DNA of 32,000 nucleotides from Bellilinea caldifistulae (GTDB lineage Bacteria > Chloroflexota > Anaerolineae > Anaerolineales > Anaerolineaceae), in NCBI RefSeq assembly GCF_001306055.1, contig NZ_LGHJ01000008.1:30001-62000 (forward strand). The letters are read 5' to 3'. The notes under the pieces were generated by a model. That model did not search any database, had not been told where the DNA came from, and saw nothing but the letters and a program-made list of their open reading frames with translations. Both the position numbers and the translations under genes were made by a program. Positions within the stretch are counted from its first letter, which is position 1; each line of letters opens with the position of its first letter. Below, one piece after another: positions 9,097-18,784 of the stretch.

Positions 9097-12000
9097 TCAG
9101 CGCCCCTCCGGCGCCAGCAGGCTATCCAGGTCTTTCTTGGAGAGCACCTGCGCCGCCAGGAGACCCAGGCGCTGCACGGGGGCGATGTTGACCCGCACGC
9201 CGTCGTTGATGTCCGGATCCCAACCCACGGGTTGCTCCTCTGGGCTCTTCCAGGGCACCCAGATGCGCGCCTCGCGCTGGCGCCCCTCTTGCAGCAATCC
9301 CAGCCGACGGTCGAACTCCTCCACGTCGGCGATCTTCTCTTCCAGTTCGGCGGCGCGGTCCAGCGCCCGGCGGTCCAGCGCAGCCTGGTTCTGCGCCTCG
9401 CCGAGCTGGCGGCGCAGTTCTTTCAGGGTCTCGCTCACGTAGCGCGAGCGCAGCAGCTTCAGGCGATCTTTGTCGAACTTGTGATAATAGACGATTGCCT
9501 GAAAAGCGCCCTTGGGGCTGGTCAGGTGCCAGGCGATGGGGCGTTTTTTGAATTGGGAAACATGGCGCTTGAAGAACTCATCTTTGAACCAACGGTCAAG
9601 GGTGATTGGTTTATGTTTTCCCCATCCATCGTGTTTCTTCAATCCCAAAAAAATTCCAATTTCGCGTTCTACAATATGACCGTGTTCAGCCCCAAAAATA
9701 TTGTCTAAATATTGACTAAAACGTTTCGCGAGTACTTCTTCGCCTGTTCCAGGCGTAATTGGTATTATGCCGTCAACATCTATTTGCTCCGAATCTTGGG
9801 TAATCTTACCTCCGGCTTGCTCAACAACTTGTCGAGTAGGCCAATGAAATCCTAACGCTGCAAGCAATTTGGCTGAAAGATAATCCTGGACTAATTCATT
9901 AACTTCTAATGTGCATTTAAAATTCTCAACAATCCACAGTTCTCTTAGAAGCCAATAAACTGAAATTGGATGAATTGACAAGTTGGTAGATAGTTCTTCG
10001 ACAAGTGTTTCAGGTGGTATTGACAACTTAAAATTTGAAAAATTATTAACCACAACATTATTATTTGGATCTGGTGAATTATCTTTAGTTTGGTTAAGAC
10101 TTTCTGCATATTTGGGGACACCTGACAAATAAGCTCTGAGACGGTCCTTTAGATGTTCTAATTCACGATTTGATAGCTGAATACGATTATGGGAACGTAG
10201 TGCCTCATAGATATGATCAGGTAGCGTCTCCATTTCAGGAAGGGCCTCTATAATTGCGTCATACCCCTCAACTAATGGGTACCAAGATACAGGTAAACCG
10301 ATTTGCTCATAAACATGCTCTACGGTTTTTGGTGAGAGCGAATAATAATTGACTATTTTAAGCTCACACCAACCCTCCAATATATGCATCCAGCATTGGC
10401 GGAGATATCTATCGAAGATCTCTTGAATTATGGTCTCGGAAAAAGATCCTGTTGTTTTTAATTGATTATAAACATAGTCTCGGCTTGTAATATTTTCCCC
10501 TTCAAAAAGTACCCGCAAACGTAATATTATTTGAACAACTTTTGAAAGTTCATCATCCCTTAATTCCTCTAATGGAGGAACTGGAAGACTTTCGATATTT
10601 CCACTTGTATATGAATAATTCGGGGATACAAATGATAATAGATAACTTGCTAAGCGCGAATTTAATATTACAAGGATCAACCATCGATATAAAATCGATG
10701 TGTCTAAGTAGCGGCTTGTATCAAGAAAGATGAATCCTTTAGGTAGATACTTTGCATATACACGATAGCTGCTGAGTTTTGAGAATGTTAACCCCTCAAG
10801 CTTATAATAACGTGTGTTTTGAGGTCTTGACTTAAGTTTTCCATTTGCGTTTATGAAATTTCTTAATAAATGTCCATCTTCTCCCCATAAAACAACTAGG
10901 TTTGGAGATGTGTAATAACTGCGTGAATCTCCTCCGCTCATACACGGTACCCACCCCGGAGGCTCTGGATGGAATGATGTTACCTCCCACCATAGCCTTG
11001 TCCATCTTGGATTGTCTCCTGTAGCCAACCCGGATTTTGCAGAAGCGTATTTACCAAGCACTATATCTGAGCCAAGTATTTCCAACAATTCATCCCCTGC
11101 CCAATAACTTAAAGTTGCCCAAGGAAGTTTTACGAACCATCTTTGGCTAGCAATAAAAAATCTATCGCGTGGTCTATTCTTTATTACATCAAGCAACATT
11201 GATTGTTTATCTGTTCTATCATAAACCCTAAGATATTGACCAGAATACTCACTATCCATTTTTCCAGCAATGAAAAGACATATGTTTACAGCTGCGCCAC
11301 TAATCTCTGAGAAGCCTCCCTGACCAATATCGGCGTACATTTTCATCACAGCGTTATTGAAAAAATGCTTTCTTGCTTCGAAGAATGTCTCTGTATACCA
11401 ATATACTCGCTGAACAACCATTGAAATTAGCCCATCTTCAGAAATTAGCGATACGCATCTATCAATGAATGCAGCAAAAAGATCATTCGACGATAAAGGA
11501 TATTTTGTTGTCAAGAAGCCCCTGAGTGTATCCCCAAAGGCGAGACTACCCATATAAGGAGGATTTGTACATACAACATCATAACGTCGTGACAGTAAGC
11601 TCAATAAACCAATACTCTTCCATCCCTCCATACCAAAGATACGGCTTGTTAAATTCGTGCTTTGGTTTTCAACGTTGAAAACTTCCCGCAGGCGTTGGAA
11701 CAAAACCTGCTTGTATCCTTCCCAATCCCTGGCGGACGAGATCAGCGGGGCATCCCGATCCTCTTTCGCCTTCATTTTCCGAATGGCATCCTCGACCTCT
11801 TCTTCCACCCGCACCAGGCTGCCCAGCTCGCGCACGTGCTCCAGCGAATGCCAGATGGCGCGTATCGCCTCCTGGATGGCAGGGTCATCTTGATACTGGG
11901 CAAGCAGGTTTTCATACGCCTCGCCGCGGCTGAGCACGGCGTCGGCGACCACCAGGTTCAGGCGCGGCGGTCCGCCGGACTCATCCCAGCCCAGCTCTTT

Positions 12001-13158
12001 GGCTTTGAGATAGAGCGCCAGCGCCGCCAGTTGCACCGCCCGTAGGTCGATGTCGATGCCGTGCAGGTTGTTTTCGAGGATGACGCGCGCCGTCTGCTCG
12101 GCGGGCACCGACCAGCCGGCGGGCAGGCGACCATCGGCTTCCATCTGGCGTTCCTCTTTATATAACTGCGCTAGCAGGTCGAACGCCACTACTAGAAAAT
12201 GCCCGCTGCCCATCGCCGGGTCGAGCAGCTTCCACTCTTTGAGCGGTTTGGGCAGGCGGGTGTGCGGCGTGGCGGGGGTGACGTAATAGGGCCAGGCTTC
12301 TTTGGCGGGCGAATCGGGGTACATCTCCATCCAATAGGCGCCGATGGAATTCTGCAGCAGGAAGTCCACCATGTAGCGCTCGGTGTAGAGGGCAGTGTAG
12401 GTGGCGATATCCGGTCCGGTGTATTTCTTGGTCTTCTTCAGCTTTTGGGTGAAGGATTCTCCGGCGGTGACTTTCTCCTTCTCCTCGGTCTGGAAGTACT
12501 GATACACCCAGCCCAGCAGCTCGTCGGTGCGGAAGGCGTCCTCGGGCAGCTCGTTCAGCCGGTCAACCACCATCCGCAAGGTGCGGAAGGAAGGCCAGAC
12601 CTGGGCGTAAGGATCCGCCGGGTCAAATAGCACGCCGATCTCTTCGGTGACCGTGGCGCAGGCTTGCAGCAGCCCTTCGCGCCAGAGCAGCTCTTCCGCC
12701 TGGGCGCCGTGGCGGTAGCGGCTCTCGCGGGAGCGCAAGGTCCACAGCCACTTGGAGCGCCCGCCGAACTCCGCCCGGCAGGTCACCGCTTCGGTGCGCT
12801 CGCCTTCGATCACCAGGTGGCCGCGCAGCTCCAGGCATTTCAACCCCACCAGCCGGTTGAGGTGGGTGTAGGCGGCTTCGCGGCGCACGGCTTCCAGGGC
12901 GCCGGCGAAGGAGCCGATCGACTCCTGCTCTTTTGCCAGGATGGCTTCCAGCTCGGCGCGAATTGCCCGTTCCTGATCGGTCAGATAACTAAGCTTCTCC
13001 ACCGGAACCGGGGAGTCTTTGCTCCCATCAAAACCCAGGCGGCGCAGCTCGCGCTCCAGGTCCTCTTCCAGCGTGCGGCGCAGCTCGATGATCAAAGGCT
13101 TCAGCCGCTTCTTGACCTCATCGCTCAATGCAGGGCGTCCGTTGACTGGCTGGCTCAT
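9097..13158 (-). CDS. pglX: BREX N6-adenine DNA methyltransferase PglX
   Basis: 1353 aa. Motif I is LLDPAMGSGHF (about 12.2 kb). Motif IV, NPPY, is encoded at 11554-11565. The conserved C-terminal region contains KKRPIAWHL. The ATGA start overlaps the brxC stop. Confidence 0.93.
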   Translation of the reverse strand: MSQPVNGRPALSDEVKKRLKPLIIELRRTLEEDLERELRRLGFDGSKDSPVPVEKLSYLTDQERAIRAELEAILAKEQESIGSFAGALEAVRREAAYTHLNRLVGLKCLELRGHLVIEGERTEAVTCRAEFGGRSKWLWTLRSRESRYRHGAQAEELLWREGLLQACATVTEEIGVLFDPADPYAQVWPSFRTLRMVVDRLNELPEDAFRTDELLGWVYQYFQTEEKEKVTAGESFTQKLKKTKKYTGPDIATYTALYTERYMVDFLLQNSIGAYWMEMYPDSPAKEAWPYYVTPATPHTRLPKPLKEWKLLDPAMGSGHFLVVAFDLLAQLYKEERQMEADGRLPAGWSVPAEQTARVILENNLHGIDIDLRAVQLAALALYLKAKELGWDESGGPPRLNLVVADAVLSRGEAYENLLAQYQDDPAIQEAIRAIWHSLEHVRELGSLVRVEEEVEDAIRKMKAKEDRDAPLISSARDWEGYKQVLFQRLREVFNVENQSTNLTSRIFGMEGWKSIGLLSLLSRRYDVVCTNPPYMGSLAFGDTLRGFLTTKYPLSSNDLFAAFIDRCVSLISEDGLISMVVQRVYWYTETFFEARKHFFNNAVMKMYADIGQGGFSEISGAAVNICLFIAGKMDSEYSGQYLRVYDRTDKQSMLLDVIKNRPRDRFFIASQRWFVKLPWATLSYWAGDELLEILGSDIVLGKYASAKSGLATGDNPRWTRLWWEVTSFHPEPPGWVPCMSGGDSRSYYTSPNLVVLWGEDGHLLRNFINANGKLKSRPQNTRYYKLEGLTFSKLSSYRVYAKYLPKGFIFLDTSRYLDTSILYRWLILVILNSRLASYLLSFVSPNYSYTSGNIESLPVPPLEELRDDELSKVVQIILRLRVLFEGENITSRDYVYNQLKTTGSFSETIIQEIFDRYLRQCWMHILEGWCELKIVNYYSLSPKTVEHVYEQIGLPVSWYPLVEGYDAIIEALPEMETLPDHIYEALRSHNRIQLSNRELEHLKDRLRAYLSGVPKYAESLNQTKDNSPDPNNNVVVNNFSNFKLSIPPETLVEELSTNLSIHPISVYWLLRELWIVENFKCTLEVNELVQDYLSAKLLAALGFHWPTRQVVEQAGGKITQDSEQIDVDGIIPITPGTGEEVLAKRFSQYLDNIFGAEHGHIVEREIGIFLGLKKHDGWGKHKPITLDRWFKDEFFKRHVSQFKKRPIAWHLTSPKGAFQAIVYYHKFDKDRLKLLRSRYVSETLKELRRQLGEAQNQAALDRRALDRAAELEEKIADVEEFDRRLGLLQEGRQREARIWVPWKSPEEQPVGWDPDINDGVRVNIAPVQRLGLLAAQVLSKKDLDSLLAPEGR
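9550..11680 (-). other. AT-rich block inside pglX (about residues 493-1203), a putative exchanged catalytic-loop/target-recognition segment
   Basis: Hand counts of 60-nt lines give 23% G+C at 10021-10080 and 40% at 11581-11640, against 58% at 11701-11760, 73% at 12661-12720 and 58% at 9481-9540. The reading frame is uninterrupted. Confidence 0.75.
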
Positions 13159-16100
13159 GCTTCCACCACCACCTCATAGCCTTCATCCAGTTTGGCTTGA
13201 ATCTCGGCGCCGATGCTCTGCCAGAAGGCGTCGAATTCATCGCGGCGCACAAAGCGGCGCCCGGTTAATTTCTCCCGCAAGCTCAGGCGGTGCACCTTCT
13301 GCTCGGGCTTCTCACCGCCATCGCCCACTTTCTTTTGGGCTTCCCGTTGCGCCTGCCATTCGCGCTCGCAGCGGTCGAAGATGGCTTTGCGGTAGCCCGG
13401 GATTGCCATGCGCAAAGCCTCCAGCTCGCTCACCTTGCGCTTTTCCGAGGCAGCCAGCAACTTGTCGGCGGTCTTCAGATCATCAATTGCCGGCAGCGCC
13501 AGCAGCGCATTCGCACCGAAGTACTCGTCCAGGATCGCCCGCTGGCGCGAGAGCCCCAGGCGGGTGAATGCTTCTGCCGCCTCGATCTCGGACTTCAAGG
13601 CGGCAATCGCCTGATCGCAACTGGCGTAGGCAGCCTGATAGACCTGGCGATAGCGATCCAGCACCGCCAACGCCGCCTCCTGGAGTTGTTTCCACTTGGT
13701 CATGATGTCTTTTACCCCTACGATGGCATCGAAATCCTCCAGATTTTCGCGCGCCTTCTTTCCCGCCTCGCCCTCGAAGACCGCCGGCGTGCTGCGGGCG
13801 TAATCCAGCGCAGCCACATAGGTCAGATAGGCGCGGTCGCGCCCCTGCTCGACGAAGGTCTCATACGTTTTGAGGAACGCCGCCACACCTTTCCAGCCTT
13901 CTTGATCCTCGATGAAGCGGCGCACACACGCCACCGGGTCGCGCTGCGCCAAGGCTTGGGCGGTGACCGGCTCAACCCGCTGGTAGGTCTCCGGCAGAGG
14001 CAGCTTGAGGTCGCGCACCCGCACGCGGATGGCGTTCGCCTGGGTCGTCATCTTCTGCCCCAGCTCGCGGATGCGCTCCGCCAGACCATGGGCGGTGTCC
14101 GGCAAGCCAACCTCGCCCAAGGCGATCAGCCCGTCTTTGGCTTGCTTCATCTCGTCGGGTTTCAAGCCGCCCACTGTGGGGTAGAAGCGTGTCTTTTTGA
14201 ATTTGGTCGGCTTGGTGAACGCCTCTTCGGCGCGCGGATCGGAGACATCGTAGATGGGTTGGTCAGAATCGGCTGGCTGCAGATGCACCGCGCCGCCGCG
14301 CAGCATGGCTGCCAGGGTCAGGCGCACCAGGGCTTCTGGCCAGCCGAAGGGAATTCGCTCGAAGCTCTCCAGGATCGCCTTGCCGTCCAGGTCGAGCCCT
14401 TCATCTTCGCGGCGCTTCAGCTCATCGAAGATCGCCTCCACCAGCGGGGCGCTGCGCATCAAATGGTCCTGGGCGTCGAACAGATCCAGCGCTGGGTCCA
14501 GCCGCGCCAGGTTTTTCGCCTTCGCATCCAGGTAACGGGCGATGTTCTTCTCGTCAAAGGCTTTGTCAGCGTCTTTGAAGCGCTCATACAGGTTGCCCGC
14601 TACCACGCCGACGAATTCCTGCGCGATGGCTTTCAACTCCTTGGATCCGTCCAATTCCGCCCGATCACCAGAGTAGTAGGCCACGCCTCTGCGCAGGCAA
14701 CTCTCCAGTAATCCGACGATGTGATTTTCCAGTGCCGCGCGCTCCTTTTCCTTTTCCTTCAACACCCGCACGGTCTCGTCGCTGCGGTCGTTGCGCCACT
14801 TGGGCAGTTGGGGCACTTTTTCCAACGCCTCCAGGCGTTTGAGCTTCTCGACCAGCGAGCTTTCGCCGGCTGCCACCCACCAGATCACCTTGCCGCGCAC
14901 ACCTTTGCCCAGGTTTTCGAGCTCGATCTCTTCGACTTTCGGCGCAGAGAGCGGGCTGGAAAGCTCCACCAGGATCTCGCCGCCGGTGTTGATCGGCTCG
15001 CCGTCCAGGCTGAGCGAGAAGGGGATGATCCCGGTTGAACCGAGCTGGATCTTGAAATCGCCGAGCTTCGAACGGGTGAGCACGCGCTCTTTTAGCAGCT
15101 CGGTGGCTTTGCGCTTTGCCACCCCAACGCCGTAGTCGCGAATCTTGTCGATGATATCTTCTTCGACCCCGCGTTCTTTTTCGCTCAGGTAGCGGTATTG
15201 CTCTGTGGCTTCGTCCCTGGCTACCAGACCGGCTTTCTGCAGGCGGTCGAGGGTCGTGCGGACATCATCACGCAGTTTTGCCAGGTCTACGTCTATTTCG
15301 CTTGCCAACAGTCGGGCGATAGTTTCGGGGGTGCGCGGCACCCACTCGACGCGCGAGATCAGCCACAGCGCTTTGAGCACCCGGCTAGGGGGGATCGGCG
15401 TGCCGGGGATCTGCTGGTCGGTCTCCCGGATGAGTTTAATGCCTGTGGTCCCCAGATAATCCGATGAACTGAGTTCATCAGTCACCTGGTCAAAGATCAA
15501 ATCCAGGGGCGCCAAGATCCCCAGGGGATCCTCCGCCAGCCGAATCAAGACTCCCTGGACGACTCCGATCATGCTGCGTTCCGTGCCAGAGAGCTTGAAG
15601 CCGCGCATGGCGTTGAACAGCTCTTGAACCAGGGGGACCATGTAGGGCAGGAAGGGGTAAGAAGCGCGAAAACTTTCCCTGCTCAGGACGGCTAACTCGC
15701 GCTCGATTTGCAGGCGGCTCAAGTCAGCAAGCTGACCTTCCTTGTACAGCTCATCCACAGCGCCCAGGTTCGCCTCGCGTTTGCGCAGCAGGCGTTCTTG
15801 CACCACCCGGCGCACATCCTCGCCGGTCAAGGTGATCTTGGTCGAAAAACGGGCGTCCAATTTGCCCAGGCTGCTCAACTTGAGGCCGGTGCGCTCGACC
15901 ACCTGATCTAAGGCTTCTTGCGAGGTGCAGATAAACCAGATCCGGCCGCGCCCCTGCACGCCGCACTGTTCGACGATGGCACGTAGTTCCTCAATACGGT
16001 CGTTGCTATCGCCAATAAACTGACCCATCTCATCGATGACAAAGATCAAATGCGGTTCGCGCGATTTTACCTTCGGTGCATAGCTTTCCAGATAGGCTGT

Positions 16101-16913
16101 AATCTCCTTGGCGAGAAGCTCCGGGGTGACGCGATTGTGATCGCGTTGATAGGTTGCGATCGTCTCTCTGGCGCTTGCAATGGGTTTATCCATCGCCTTT
16201 GCCAGCGCCTCGGCGATTTCGTCGCCGTAAAATCCGTGCTCGGGGCGGTCCGCCTGCCAGGGGCGCCCAGTCTGTTGGCGATATGCTTCAAGGAAAGCGT
16301 CGTAAAGCCCTTCGCTCTGCAATTTGCGCTCCAAGCGAGCCAACCAGATGGTGGGGGCCAGGTTCTGGCTCTCGTAGAATGTTCGCAAGCAACTCTCGGT
16401 GACCGATTCAGGATTGGCTTGATCCAGCCTGGACTTGATTTCAAACGCCAGAGTCTGACACCAGGCCTTGTTCTTGACCTCGGAAAGCGCAGCCTTCAGA
16501 TCGGAGGATAGGTACAGTGTAGGATCATCCAGATGCACCTGGAAGATATCAATAGCGGTTTTTTGATTTTCTAGGTCAACCACCTCATTAGCCAGCAGGT
16601 TGCCCAAAACCTTTGCCAGGTGGCTCTTGCCGCTGCCAAAAAAACCCGCAATCCAAACCGCCATCCCGTCGCCGCCATCGCCTGTTTTGATGCGTTGCTC
16701 CAGGCTGTAGGTGAAATTATCCAGAAATTTTCGCAATTCGCGTGCCAGCGCGTCGGTGATCACAAATTGCTTCAGATCTTCCAGAAGATTTGCCCGGTCG
16801 TAGACTTTGACAGCCGGCTCGATCCTTCTGGACAAGTCACGAGCGATGACATCGCGGATTTTCATTCTTTCATTGCTCATCTTAGATCCTCGCTGCTCGG
16901 TAGTTGTATCCAT
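13155..16913 (-). CDS. brxC: BREX P-loop ATPase BrxC/PglY
   Basis: 1252 aa with Walker A GFFGSGKSH. The likely true start is the ATG at 16880 (MSNERMKIRD...), 1 nt after the brxB TAA stop, which gives 1241 aa. Confidence 0.93.
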   Translation of the reverse strand: MDTTTEQRGSKMSNERMKIRDVIARDLSRRIEPAVKVYDRANLLEDLKQFVITDALARELRKFLDNFTYSLEQRIKTGDGGDGMAVWIAGFFGSGKSHLAKVLGNLLANEVVDLENQKTAIDIFQVHLDDPTLYLSSDLKAALSEVKNKAWCQTLAFEIKSRLDQANPESVTESCLRTFYESQNLAPTIWLARLERKLQSEGLYDAFLEAYRQQTGRPWQADRPEHGFYGDEIAEALAKAMDKPIASARETIATYQRDHNRVTPELLAKEITAYLESYAPKVKSREPHLIFVIDEMGQFIGDSNDRIEELRAIVEQCGVQGRGRIWFICTSQEALDQVVERTGLKLSSLGKLDARFSTKITLTGEDVRRVVQERLLRKREANLGAVDELYKEGQLADLSRLQIERELAVLSRESFRASYPFLPYMVPLVQELFNAMRGFKLSGTERSMIGVVQGVLIRLAEDPLGILAPLDLIFDQVTDELSSSDYLGTTGIKLIRETDQQIPGTPIPPSRVLKALWLISRVEWVPRTPETIARLLASEIDVDLAKLRDDVRTTLDRLQKAGLVARDEATEQYRYLSEKERGVEEDIIDKIRDYGVGVAKRKATELLKERVLTRSKLGDFKIQLGSTGIIPFSLSLDGEPINTGGEILVELSSPLSAPKVEEIELENLGKGVRGKVIWWVAAGESSLVEKLKRLEALEKVPQLPKWRNDRSDETVRVLKEKEKERAALENHIVGLLESCLRRGVAYYSGDRAELDGSKELKAIAQEFVGVVAGNLYERFKDADKAFDEKNIARYLDAKAKNLARLDPALDLFDAQDHLMRSAPLVEAIFDELKRREDEGLDLDGKAILESFERIPFGWPEALVRLTLAAMLRGGAVHLQPADSDQPIYDVSDPRAEEAFTKPTKFKKTRFYPTVGGLKPDEMKQAKDGLIALGEVGLPDTAHGLAERIRELGQKMTTQANAIRVRVRDLKLPLPETYQRVEPVTAQALAQRDPVACVRRFIEDQEGWKGVAAFLKTYETFVEQGRDRAYLTYVAALDYARSTPAVFEGEAGKKARENLEDFDAIVGVKDIMTKWKQLQEAALAVLDRYRQVYQAAYASCDQAIAALKSEIEAAEAFTRLGLSRQRAILDEYFGANALLALPAIDDLKTADKLLAASEKRKVSELEALRMAIPGYRKAIFDRCEREWQAQREAQKKVGDGGEKPEQKVHRLSLREKLTGRRFVRRDEFDAFWQSIGAEIQAKLDEGYEVVVEA

Positions 16914-17406
16914 CTTTCACCCCCAAAAAATGGAGGGCTGGTCCATTTTCGGTGCCTGGAAAGGGGATCACCAGGGTGTTGGTGATTTTTCCTTCGATGG
17001 CTTCCAGAAGGGCGGAATAACTGATCCAAGGGAATAAGGCTGCGGTATGTTTGCAGAGCAAAATAACATTTGGGTTACCTTTTGCCGCTTGCTGTATCTT
17101 GGCAACCGCTTCCCTCTGCACCAGGCTGGCGAGACTGCGCCGGGCATCGGGCGAGCCTTCTGCATCCAGTTTAAATGCCCTCTCCAATAAATTCCGCTCT
17201 TTCAGAGAGTCGAAAACCAGGGTTCGGAAATCCAATACGGCTATCTGGACCCCTTGCGCCTTCAATTCCTGAATGACTTCTTCGTAACCTGCTCGAAACG
17301 AAAGCTCTTCCTCGGGAGGGTAAATCACCAAAAGCGCGCCCCCTGCGTGGGCGCCGGTCAATAGTTGGGAGCGCAGTAGATTCAATTTATCATTGATCAG
17401 GCTCAT
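16882..17406 (-). CDS. brxB: BREX protein BrxB (DUF1788)
   Basis: 174 aa, of the size and position expected between brxA and brxC. SD GGGGGA lies before the ATG, 7 nt after the brxA stop. Confidence 0.85.
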   Translation of the reverse strand: MSLINDKLNLLRSQLLTGAHAGGALLVIYPPEEELSFRAGYEEVIQELKAQGVQIAVLDFRTLVFDSLKERNLLERAFKLDAEGSPDARRSLASLVQREAVAKIQQAAKGNPNVILLCKHTAALFPWISYSALLEAIEGKITNTLVIPFPGTENGPALHFLGVKDGYNYRAARI

Positions 17407-17413
17407 ATTCCCC

Positions 17414-18175
17414 CTACACCTTAGTCAACTCAAGGTAGATCACTCCACCTTGAGATTCGTAGCGAACATAACCTTGTTGGTCAAGTTCCTCGAGCGCTGC
17501 GATCACATCTCGCAAAGTAAGCCCCATAGCTGCAAACAATCCGTGCTCTGGCGCTTTCACTATCGGTTCGCCCCCTCCCAAAATCAATTGGATAGCAAAC
17601 AGAATGACCTGAGGCGAAATATAGGGTCTGCGGATTTCTTTTTTGGCGGAGCCGCTGGCGTATCCGCAATCGCGAACCGCGCTCAAATAATGCCGCGCAA
17701 TCCGTTTACGGGTGACTGGGTTCCAGGTTTTAATGACCGGATGCGCTTTCTCCATAAATTCCAACTCGCGCTCGATGTCGCTCGTCTCTCCTTCAAATAT
17801 CGGACCGGACAGTTTCGGCGCTAACCATCGCTGGGATAGCTCATAAGTCAGAGCATCATTCCAAAGCAGTAATGTGAACGCCAGCAAGTTGGCTTGATCC
17901 GGATTTGCAACTCTACGGAAAGACGACACAAATAATGTATTCGCCTTGGGAGTGTCCTTGCGGAAGTAGCGCTCAGCCAATTTCCGGTACACTTCTTTGC
18001 GGCTGGAAATACTGGCTCGTCTGAGGATATTATCCTCCAAGATTAGCCGGTGGAGATCTTCACGGGCGTTCTCAGGGTTGATGTAGTCGATCACGCCGCG
18101 CAGCTCCTCCAGCATGGCTCCTTGCCGGCTGAGCAGAGCGGTAATTTTTATGGAGCGAGGTTCCGATGAGTTCAT
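17414..18175 (-). CDS. brxA: BREX protein BrxA (DUF1819)
   Basis: I use the internal start M61 of the 313 aa track ORF (MNSSEPRSIKI...), which gives 253 aa. The ATG at 18175-18173 overlaps the TGA of the upstream HTH gene (ATGA). It is the first core BREX gene. Confidence 0.85.
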   Translation of the reverse strand: MNSSEPRSIKITALLSRQGAMLEELRGVIDYINPENAREDLHRLILEDNILRRASISSRKEVYRKLAERYFRKDTPKANTLFVSSFRRVANPDQANLLAFTLLLWNDALTYELSQRWLAPKLSGPIFEGETSDIERELEFMEKAHPVIKTWNPVTRKRIARHYLSAVRDCGYASGSAKKEIRRPYISPQVILFAIQLILGGGEPIVKAPEHGLFAAMGLTLRDVIAALEELDQQGYVRYESQGGVIYLELTKV

Positions 18176-18396
18176 GAGCGTTTGAGTCCTTCTGCTTGAA
18201 TAACCACATCTGCTTCGTCCAACCTTTGCCCGGCAATCCAGTTGATCAGAGTTGCACGGTGAAAACGCCAGTGCCGACCGACCTTCTGGCAAGGTATTTT
18301 GCCCTCCTGAGCTAGTTTGTATAGAGAGGAACGAGGAATGCGGAGATATTGACAAACTTCGTTGATGGTCATAATTTCAGGGAATTCCGTGGACAT
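18172..18396 (-). CDS. Small excisionase/MerR-type helix-turn-helix protein (HTH_17-like), first gene of the BREX operon
   Basis: 74 aa. MTINEVCQYLRIPRSSLYKLAQEGKIPCQKVGRHWRF matches the excisionase-family DNA-binding domain pattern. It is coupled to brxA through an ATGA overlap. Confidence 0.8.
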   Translation of the reverse strand: MSTEFPEIMTINEVCQYLRIPRSSLYKLAQEGKIPCQKVGRHWRFHRATLINWIAGQRLDEADVVIQAEGLKRS

Positions 18397-18436
18397 CGGT
18401 TACCTTCCCCAGAAAGGGAATAAAAACTCACGTATC

Positions 18437-18466
18437 AATATACTTGACATTGCTCATAATTGTCAA
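18437..18466 (-). promoter_or_regulatory. Candidate BREX operon promoter
   Basis: On the minus strand, TTGACA (18466-18461), an 18 nt spacer, then TATATT (18442-18437). This is about 40 nt upstream of the HTH ATG, and GGAAGG lies before the start. A plus-strand TTGACA at 18444-18449 forms a 6 bp inverted repeat with it. Confidence 0.45.
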
Positions 18467-18696
18467 TTAGTTCCAGGTATGATTCTTAATCGTACAGGTA
18501 TTTCCAAGGAAAAGCAATATAAATGTGGACAACTTATTGTCGGTCTGGTTTTCTCCTCCCTGATTTAGGATTTTTGGATGATCATTCCATATAAACCCGC
18601 AAACCCTGACCCACAATACCTCTTGTTGGTCATCCCTGATAACGCCTCTTACCTCAATATTAAGAGAATTTAAGCCAAACATGACCGATTCCCCCC

Positions 18697-18726
18697 TTGC
18701 ACTGGATGGAAATTCTGTGATATACT
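18697..18726 (+). promoter_or_regulatory. Candidate promoter of the EspR-like operon
   Basis: TTGCAC (18697-18702), an 18 nt spacer, then TATACT (18721-18726). SD AAGGAAA lies before the ATG at 18785. A short CTGTG...CACAG inverted repeat flanks the -10 element. Confidence 0.35.
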
Positions 18727-18784
18727 TTTGACCACAGTATACATAACACGCCATTAATATATCATGTAGTAGCAAGGAAAAACG

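Noticed and set aside
9097-13158. A recombinase-driven pglX shufflon as the explanation for the pglX mosaic
   Set aside because: The window has no truncated or inverted pglX fragment, no long inverted repeats flanking the block, and no site-specific recombinase gene.
13290-14711. 473 aa plus-strand ORF, and many similar ones (for example 8235-9191, 9137-9442, 12664-13179, 13019-13567, 5902-6501, 6616-7146), antisense to BREX genes
   Set aside because: They lie entirely inside long motif-bearing minus-strand genes. Their products are Arg/Ala/Gly/Pro-rich and low in complexity, and they have no SD. These are typical stop-poor shadow frames of GC-rich coding DNA.
16638-16644. A7/T7 homopolymer in the brxC Walker A codons (and a second at 9647-9653 in pglX) as possible phase-variation tracts
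   Set aside because: Seven nucleotides is short for efficient slipped-strand switching. The brxC tract simply encodes the Phe-Phe of GFFGSGK, and there is no evidence of frameshifted variants.
17414-18355. 313 aa version of the brxA ORF
   Set aside because: The first 60 codons overlap the HTH gene out of frame and encode a Ser/Arg-rich sequence. The internal ATG at 18175 gives a normal-length BrxA and forms an ATGA overlap with the HTH stop.
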